A stretch of DNA of 64,000 bases from positions 832,001 through 896,000 of the forward strand of contig OY761611.1 of NCBI GenBank assembly GCA_963664875.1. Reading direction: 5' to 3'. The stretch's first letter is position 1. Each line of letters begins with the position of its first letter. Shown here in pieces: positions 58,069 to 64,000 of the stretch. A model generated the notes under the pieces. The model did no database searches, had not been told where the DNA came from, and saw nothing but the letters and a program-made list of their open reading frames with translations. Position numbers and translations under genes: made by a program. This DNA comes from Candidatus Kapaibacterium sp. GTDB taxonomy: Bacteria; Bacteroidota; Ignavibacteria; Kapaibacteriales; UBA2268.

Positions 58069-59028
58069 TTAATCCGAAAATTTGTCGTATGCTTTAATTA
58101 TTCTTGCAACAAGCGGGTGTCTGACCACATCTGCATCAGTAAACTCAGCAAATTCTATGCCCTTAACATCTTTTAGTATTTTCGCTGCATCAATAAGTCC
58201 GGACATACTATCTTTTGCTAAATCTATCTGCGTTACGTCACCGGTAACTATTGCTTTGGAGTTGGCACCTAAACGCGTCAGGAACATTTTCATCTGCATT
58301 TTCGTCGCATTCTGTGCCTCATCTAAGATGATAAAGCTGTTGTTTAGTGTTCTCCCCCTCATGTAAGCAAGTGGGGTAATTTCAATAATATTTTTTTCCA
58401 GTAATATCTTCAATTTTTCTGATGTTAGCATAAATTGTAAAGCATCAAAAAGAGGTCTGATGTAAGGATCTATTTTTTCACGCATGTCACCCGGAAGAAA
58501 TCCGAGAGACTCCCCTGCTTCGACAGCAGGACGGGTAAGAATAATTCTCGAAACTTCATTATTGCGAAGAGCTGCTAATGCCATAGCAACAGCTAAAAAC
58601 GTTTTCCCTGTTCCAGCAGGTCCTATTGCAAAAACCAAATCATTTTTTAGAACTTTCTGATAGTAATCTACCTGTTTTGGAGTTCTTGCTTTGATGATTT
58701 CTTTCCGTCCTTCATAAATCTCATTGTCGCCGGGTTGGTTCCCGTTTTCTTTAGGGGCAATTTTATTGACATCAATCAGGTTAAGCACTGTAAAAACGTC
58801 CTCGGAAGAAAGTTTGCCATTGCGTTTAAGCATATAAAGCAGTTCTTTGAAGACAAGTGAAATGACTTTAACTTCGTCAGGTTCACCTTTGATAACTAAA
58901 TTATTGCCACGCACCATCACAAGCGATTTGAAGCGATTTTCTATTATAGAAAGATAGCTTTCGTTCACTCCAAACAAATCCAATAAACTAATATTTTCGA
59001 GTTTAATTTTTTTTTCTATTGCATCCAT
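58069..59028 (-). CDS. phoH: PhoH family ATPase
   Basis: GPAGTGKT, RPAVEAGESLGFLPG, YMRGRTL, DEAQN, DVVRHPLV. Confidence 0.94.
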   Translation of the reverse strand: MDAIEKKIKLENISLLDLFGVNESYLSIIENRFKSLVMVRGNNLVIKGEPDEVKVISLVFKELLYMLKRNGKLSSEDVFTVLNLIDVNKIAPKENGNQPGDNEIYEGRKEIIKARTPKQVDYYQKVLKNDLVFAIGPAGTGKTFLAVAMALAALRNNEVSRIILTRPAVEAGESLGFLPGDMREKIDPYIRPLFDALQFMLTSEKLKILLEKNIIEITPLAYMRGRTLNNSFIILDEAQNATKMQMKMFLTRLGANSKAIVTGDVTQIDLAKDSMSGLIDAAKILKDVKGIEFAEFTDADVVRHPLVARIIKAYDKFSD

Positions 59029-59052
59029 AGCGTTAACTTCAACAATGTGTTT

Positions 59053-59093
59053 AAAAAATAAATGAGCCCCTTAGTAAAAATACTAAGGGGCTT
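59053..59093 (-). terminator. Terminator after the LysM gene
   Basis: Minus strand AAGCCCCTTAGTA-tttt-TACTAAGGGGCT-CATTTATTTTT. Confidence 0.75.
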
Positions 59094-59130
59094 GCATAAA
59101 TAAAAATTTTATTTTGAGAAACTACAGACA

Positions 59131-59907
59131 TTATTCACCTGCAGAAGCACTTTCAGTTTGAGCTTCAGCTTCTTTTTTCATTCTGTAGTATTTTCTTTCT
59201 GCTTTTAATTCTTCACCGGATTTAGGACCTTTTTCAGGTAATTTCAATTCTTGACCAGGGAAGATAATATCAGGGTTTCTTACGATATCTTTGTTAGCCT
59301 GCCATATTTTTGGCCACAAGAAAGCGTCACCATAGATTTCAGTTCTGTTTGCGATGTTCCACAAACAGTCTCTTTCTTTAGACCAAGATTTAACGATATA
59401 AGTAGAAATTCTTTTTTCTCTGTAAAGACCTTTAATTTCGCGGGCTAAATCAAGAATTCTGTTATAGAATTCAGGAAGTAAAGCAACTTTTTCTTTTCTA
59501 AGTTCGTTCAACTGGTTTTCCAAATCGATAACTTCGTTTTGTCTGTCAGCTAAAGCATCATCATTAAGGGCTTTCAATTCTCTGACTTTACCTGCAATCA
59601 CGCCTAATTTTTGACGGAAAGCTTCGATGTCTTTATCAGTAACACCCAACATTTTTTTGAGTTCGTCCAAGCAATCTTCTAAACTTTTGTTAGTATTGCG
59701 AAGTTGGTTTTGAGCTCTTTCCAATTTAGTTTTTTCTTCGTTCAAAGTATTTTCCAAATCAGCAACTTTAGCTTGGAAATCTTTGATTCTGTATTCAGCT
59801 TGCTCTTTTGTAAGCTGATTATCCGGTAAGTTTGCAGGCGGCATCTGTGCATTAGCATAAACCCCGGCAGCAAAAAAAGCTATAAATAGATATATTATCG
59901 TTTTCAT
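59131..59907 (-). CDS. Periplasmic coiled-coil protein with C-terminal LysM domain
   Basis: Signal peptide ANA-Q; long heptad region; YIVK..DCLWNIA..IYGDAFLWPKIWQANKD..NPDIIFPGQELKLP. Confidence 0.88.
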   Translation of the reverse strand: MKTIIYLFIAFFAAGVYANAQMPPANLPDNQLTKEQAEYRIKDFQAKVADLENTLNEEKTKLERAQNQLRNTNKSLEDCLDELKKMLGVTDKDIEAFRQKLGVIAGKVRELKALNDDALADRQNEVIDLENQLNELRKEKVALLPEFYNRILDLAREIKGLYREKRISTYIVKSWSKERDCLWNIANRTEIYGDAFLWPKIWQANKDIVRNPDIIFPGQELKLPEKGPKSGEELKAERKYYRMKKEAEAQTESASAGE

Positions 59908-59958
59908 GACTCTCCAATTGGGATTATTTTACATTATAAAATAGTAAGTGTAAAAGAA

Positions 59959-60288
59959 TTATTCAGCACCTTCTTCAGTTTTTGGCTGTTCCGGTGACCA
60001 GTCAGGCCATACATTTGGCCATGCCTGCAATTTGCCTTGTACAAAGTTTTTGTCTTCTTTACATTTTTCTAATTCCGCTTGGCGAGCTTTCAATTCTTTT
60101 TCCAACTTTGCGTATTCACTTTTCGTGTTAGCAATCTCTTGGTTCAAGCTTCTTTCTTGTCTTCTTAGTTCGTCTAATTGAGCCAGTTGCTCCTCAGTAA
60201 CTTTTGGCGTACAACTTGTAAATGAAGCTGCAGAAAAAATTAAAGCTGAGCTTATGCCTAAAGCAGTAATAAAGCTCTTTACACGCAT
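59959..60288 (-). CDS. Small coiled-coil lipoprotein
   Basis: GGAGG RBS before ATG 60288; lipobox FTS-C; roughly 55-aa heptad repeat. Confidence 0.8.
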   Translation of the reverse strand: MRVKSFITALGISSALIFSAASFTSCTPKVTEEQLAQLDELRRQERSLNQEIANTKSEYAKLEKELKARQAELEKCKEDKNFVQGKLQAWPNVWPDWSPEQPKTEEGAE

Positions 60289-60659
60289 AAGTCCTCCGAA
60301 AAATAATTTATTTAACATCTATTTGAAATCAATGGAAATACTAAATACAGTCGTCCAAAACATTATTATATTTTAAATTACGTTCAAACTTAAGATTTGT
60401 TCGGACACTCCATAGGCAAATATCGTAAAATTCTGCTTATTTAGCTAATATTTCTCCAAGTATCATAAAAAAATAATACACATCCACTAACATTCGGTAT
60501 TAGAGGATATTACATTTGTTTAATGTAAAACTTTTATTTGATATTTCCAAACATGTTGATAAATATCATCAAAATATTTTTCAACGAGTAGCTATTATTA
60601 GTTATCTTTGTAAGCTGAAAAAGAATAATTTGTATTATAATAAGATAAATACTACGACT

Positions 60660-63365
60660 ATGAAAAAAGAATTCCCTAAGGCTTACGAACCTATTTTATC
60701 CGAAGACAAATGGTACCCTCTCTGGTTAGAAAATAAAATTTTTGCTGCAGATAATAATTCAAATAAAGAAGCATACAGCATTTTGATGCCTCCTCCTAAC
60801 GTTACAGGCATCCTGCATTTTGGCCACGTTCTCAATTCAACTTTGCAGGATATTTATATCCGCTGGAAAAGAATGCAGGGATACGAAGTTTGTTGGTTCC
60901 CCGGCATGGATCATGCAGGAATAGCAACTCAGGCACGGGTTGAAAAAGAATTAAAAGCTACAGAAAATCTCTCTCGCTATGATTTAGGTCGAGAAAAATT
61001 CGTTGAAAAAGTTTGGGAATGGAAAGAAAAATATGGTGGTATTATCTTTAATCAGCTCCAAAAGTTAGGTATTTCCACAGATTGGGACAGAACTCTTTTC
61101 ACTATGGACGAATCTGCCTCTAATGCTGTCAAAGAAGTATTTATCAGATTGTTCGACGAAGGACTGGTATATAAAGGTAAACGAATTATCAACTGGTCGC
61201 CATTGGCACAGACAGCTCTTTCCGATGAAGAAGTAGAATTCAAAGAAATAAACGAAAAACTTTATACTCTACGATACTACTTTGAAGATAGCAATGATTA
61301 CCTCATGGTAGCTACTGTTCGTACTGAAACTATATTCGGAGATATTGCAGTTGCTGTCAATCCTAATGATGAAAGATATAAACATCTTATCGGCAAAAAT
61401 GTAATTGTGCCGTTAGTTGGTCGTAAAGTTCCGGTGATTCCGGATGAGCATGCCGATCCTGAATTCGGAACGGGTTGTGTGAAAATAACTCCAGCTCATG
61501 ACCCTAATGATTTCCTTGTAGGTGAAAGACACAATCTCGATATAATAAATACTATAAATCCTGATGCCACTTTGAATGAAAATGCAGGTGAATTTGCAGG
61601 ATTAGATAGATTTGAAGCTAGAAAACGAGTGTCTAAAAAGTTAGAAGAGCTCAATCTCATAGAAAAAGTAGAAGACTATGCTCATAACGTAGGTATATCT
61701 CAGCGTGGTGGCGAACCTGTCGAACCGCTTCTTTCTGATCAATGGTTTGTTAAGATGAAGCCTCTCGCAGAATTAGCTTTAAAAGTTGTCCAAGACGGTG
61801 AAATTAAATTCCACCCTAACCACTGGATTAAAACCTATGAGCATTGGATGAACAACATCAAAGATTGGTGCATTTCGCGTCAGTTATGGTGGGGTCATCA
61901 GATACCTGTTTATTACACTGAAGACGGAAGATTTACTGCTGCAATAGATGAAGCTCATGCAAGAGAAAAACTTGGCTTAGATGCAAATGTAGCTTTAAAA
62001 CAAGAAGAAGATGTATTAGACACTTGGTTCTCATCTTGGCTTTGGCCGATGACAACAATGGGCTGGATGAATGACCACAAAACCGAATCTACTCCTGATT
62101 TGGAAAAATTCTTGCCTACTGATTTGTTGGTAACAGGACCTGACATTATTTTCTTCTGGGTTGCACGAATGATTATGGCAACAGAGAAGTTCAAAGGTGA
62201 AATACCATTCAAAGATGTTTATTTCACTTCTATGATTAGAGACGGTCAGGGCAGGAAGCTATCAAAATCGCTTGGCAATTCACCGGATCCACTTAATATT
62301 ATTGCTAAATACGGTGCGGATGCTGTTCGATTTACCATGATATTCCTTGCTCCTCTTGGCCAGGATGTCAGGATGGATGTGGACGTTGATGCTCAGGATA
62401 TACCGTCTATGGAGATTGGAAGAAACTTTGCCAATAAAGTTTGGAATGCCGGTAGATTCTTGAATATGAAATTGGATCAGGCTATTGAAAATAACAATGG
62501 TAATTCCGATGTATGCATTGACGAAAATACTCTAACAACAGCGGACAAATGGATTCGTTCTCGTTATAATACCACTATCGAAAAATTGAACCAATCTCTT
62601 AGCGATTTCAAGGTAACGGAATACTCCAAAATGCTTTATGACTTTATTTGGAGAGATTTCTGCGACTGGTATGTCGAAATTGTAAAAATTCAGTTTAACG
62701 ATGCAGATAGTGCCAAACAAGTAGCTATTGCCAAATTTGCAATCGAAATATACGAAGGTATTTTGAGAATGCTTCACCCTGTAATGCCTTTCATTACAGA
62801 AGAACTTTGGCACTTGCTTTCAGGAAAAGACGACAATGAGACAATCAGCACTCAGGCTACGCCTATGCCGAATAATACTCATATAGATTCTAATATCGAA
62901 GATAAATTGGCTCTTGTGCAGAATATTGTCGAAGAAATAAGAAAACTAAGATCATCAACTTCAATTCCTCCATCTCAAAAATTGCCTGTTGCTATAGCAA
63001 TTAAAGAAAATGCTATAAGAGAAGTTTTCAGCGAAGCCAAAAACGTAATTGCAGGCATGGCAAAATGCTCCGAATTGGAGATTGCAGAATCAGTAGAAAA
63101 ACCTTCTTCATCTTTGAGCTCAGTGGTTCGAGAAATAGAAATCTTTGTTTCTCTTGGCGATGCAATTGATTTGGATAAGGAAAGAGAACGACTTGAAAAA
63201 GAAATAGCCAGATTGGAAGGAAATATCAGAGCTTGTGAGAAAAAACTTTCAAACGAAAAATTTGTAAGCAATGCACCTGCTGATGTGGTTGCCTACGAAA
63301 AAGAAAAGTTAGATTCTATGAAAGAGTCTCTTTTGAAAGTAAAAGACAATCTTGCTAATCTGTAA
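60660..63365 (+). CDS. valS: Valine--tRNA ligase
   Basis: PPPNVTGILHFGH, DHAGIATQ, DWCISRQLWWGH, KLSKS, C-terminal coiled-coil arm; likely start ATG 60660. Confidence 0.97.
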   Translation: MKKEFPKAYEPILSEDKWYPLWLENKIFAADNNSNKEAYSILMPPPNVTGILHFGHVLNSTLQDIYIRWKRMQGYEVCWFPGMDHAGIATQARVEKELKATENLSRYDLGREKFVEKVWEWKEKYGGIIFNQLQKLGISTDWDRTLFTMDESASNAVKEVFIRLFDEGLVYKGKRIINWSPLAQTALSDEEVEFKEINEKLYTLRYYFEDSNDYLMVATVRTETIFGDIAVAVNPNDERYKHLIGKNVIVPLVGRKVPVIPDEHADPEFGTGCVKITPAHDPNDFLVGERHNLDIINTINPDATLNENAGEFAGLDRFEARKRVSKKLEELNLIEKVEDYAHNVGISQRGGEPVEPLLSDQWFVKMKPLAELALKVVQDGEIKFHPNHWIKTYEHWMNNIKDWCISRQLWWGHQIPVYYTEDGRFTAAIDEAHAREKLGLDANVALKQEEDVLDTWFSSWLWPMTTMGWMNDHKTESTPDLEKFLPTDLLVTGPDIIFFWVARMIMATEKFKGEIPFKDVYFTSMIRDGQGRKLSKSLGNSPDPLNIIAKYGADAVRFTMIFLAPLGQDVRMDVDVDAQDIPSMEIGRNFANKVWNAGRFLNMKLDQAIENNNGNSDVCIDENTLTTADKWIRSRYNTTIEKLNQSLSDFKVTEYSKMLYDFIWRDFCDWYVEIVKIQFNDADSAKQVAIAKFAIEIYEGILRMLHPVMPFITEELWHLLSGKDDNETISTQATPMPNNTHIDSNIEDKLALVQNIVEEIRKLRSSTSIPPSQKLPVAIAIKENAIREVFSEAKNVIAGMAKCSELEIAESVEKPSSSLSSVVREIEIFVSLGDAIDLDKERERLEKEIARLEGNIRACEKKLSNEKFVSNAPADVVAYEKEKLDSMKESLLKVKDNLANL

Positions 63366-63379
63366 TTTTTTTGAAGTTT

Positions 63380-63413
63380 AAAAAGCAGTTCTCAATCAGA
63401 ACTGCTTTTTTTT
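63380..63413 (+). terminator. Terminator after valS
   Basis: AAAAAGCAGTTCT-caatc-AGAACTGCTTTTT-TTT. Confidence 0.85.
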
Positions 63414-63659
63414 GACATTATATTTCCATTCGGCAATATTATTTAAAATTGACATATAACTTTAATTGCGAACATTTTTTTTGAACAATGTTCTTCTATT
63501 TGCTTATATTGCAATAGCATCTAAGCAGAATTGATATATTAACTTGATATAAATATTGTCTTATAATATTGAAAACTGTCAGTATTTGCAATATTTCTAC
63601 TCAATTTTGAGTTAAGATATACGTTTAGGATTTGGGTTTGTAATTAGGATAATAGATAA

Positions 63660-64000
63660 ATGAAAATTTTAGCTTTCAATTGTTCTCCAAAACAATTTGA
63701 CAATCTAACTCCTCTAATGATTGAAGCTTTCTTAAAAGGAGCAGAAACCGCCGGAGCCAAGATTGAGCAGGTTAACACCTGCGATTTGGAAATAGGTCCG
63801 TGCAGGGGCTGCACTGACAATATGCTTTTCGAATACAAGCATACTTGCGACTGCAACGATGACATGATTCCATTGTACCCTAAACTCAAAGAAGCAGATG
63901 TTTGGGTATTTGCAACTTCTGTATTCGAAACCGGAGTTCCTAAGGTATTTACTAATGTATTGGATAGGCTGGAACCTCTTTTCCATCCTTTTATACTTAA
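63660..64000 (+). CDS. Flavodoxin-fold / iron-sulfur flavoprotein family protein, truncated by the window edge
   Basis: Manual translation MKILAFNCSPK..FLKGAETAGA..IGPCRGC..CDCNDDM..LKEADVWVFATSV..; absent from the ORF track because it has no stop in the window. Confidence 0.8.
   Translation, partial: MKILAFNCSPKQFDNLTPLMIEAFLKGAETAGAKIEQVNTCDLEIGPCRGCTDNMLFEYKHTCDCNDDMIPLYPKLKEADVWVFATSVFETGVPKVFTNVLDRLEPLFHPFIL

Noticed and set aside
60516-60659. N-terminal extensions in the ORF track (valS; also mfd, hflX, the methyltransferase and the TonB receptor)
   Set aside because: Upstream in-frame TTG/ATG starts run through AT-rich promoter DNA; downstream starts fit the families and RBS positions better
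768-63986. Many 60-145-aa ORFs antisense to or nested within long genes
   Set aside because: Shadow ORFs of well-supported genes, with no recognisable motifs or RBS

Overview
AT-rich bacterial chromosomal segment, most likely from an anaerobic member of the FCB group such as Ignavibacteria or Kapabacteria. This is inferred from a type IX secretion C-terminal domain, Gln-starting mature proteins, acidic lipoprotein export signals, TAnnTTTG and TTGACA-17-TATATT promoters, and Shine-Dalgarno sites. Housekeeping genes (rsgA, recJ, yebC, uvrA, hflX, mfd, tsaB, argS, rsfS, phoBR, miaA, pcm, cdaA, phoH, valS) flank a ~22-kb accessory redox/envelope block at ~8.5-30.6 kb. That block holds a sensory group C [FeFe]-hydrogenase with a phosphatase, an AlgE-like porin, two surface lipoproteins, an octaheme c-type cytochrome with a T9SS sorting domain, a membrane-anchored reductive-dehalogenase-like protein, a TonB-dependent receptor broken by an in-frame TAA, OsmC, an octaheme tetrathionate reductase, thioredoxin-like proteins and System I* cytochrome c maturation genes. 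The best candidate for an undescribed system is the T9SS-exported octaheme cytochrome, a possible route for extracellular electron transfer. Other candidates are an ODP with a double chemoreceptor-tip partner, a coiled-coil lipoprotein plus LysM pair, and a shared Pho-box promoter linking phoBR to a porin. I saw no rRNA, tRNA, CRISPR array or mobile element. All family assignments come from motif recognition by eye; no searches were run.
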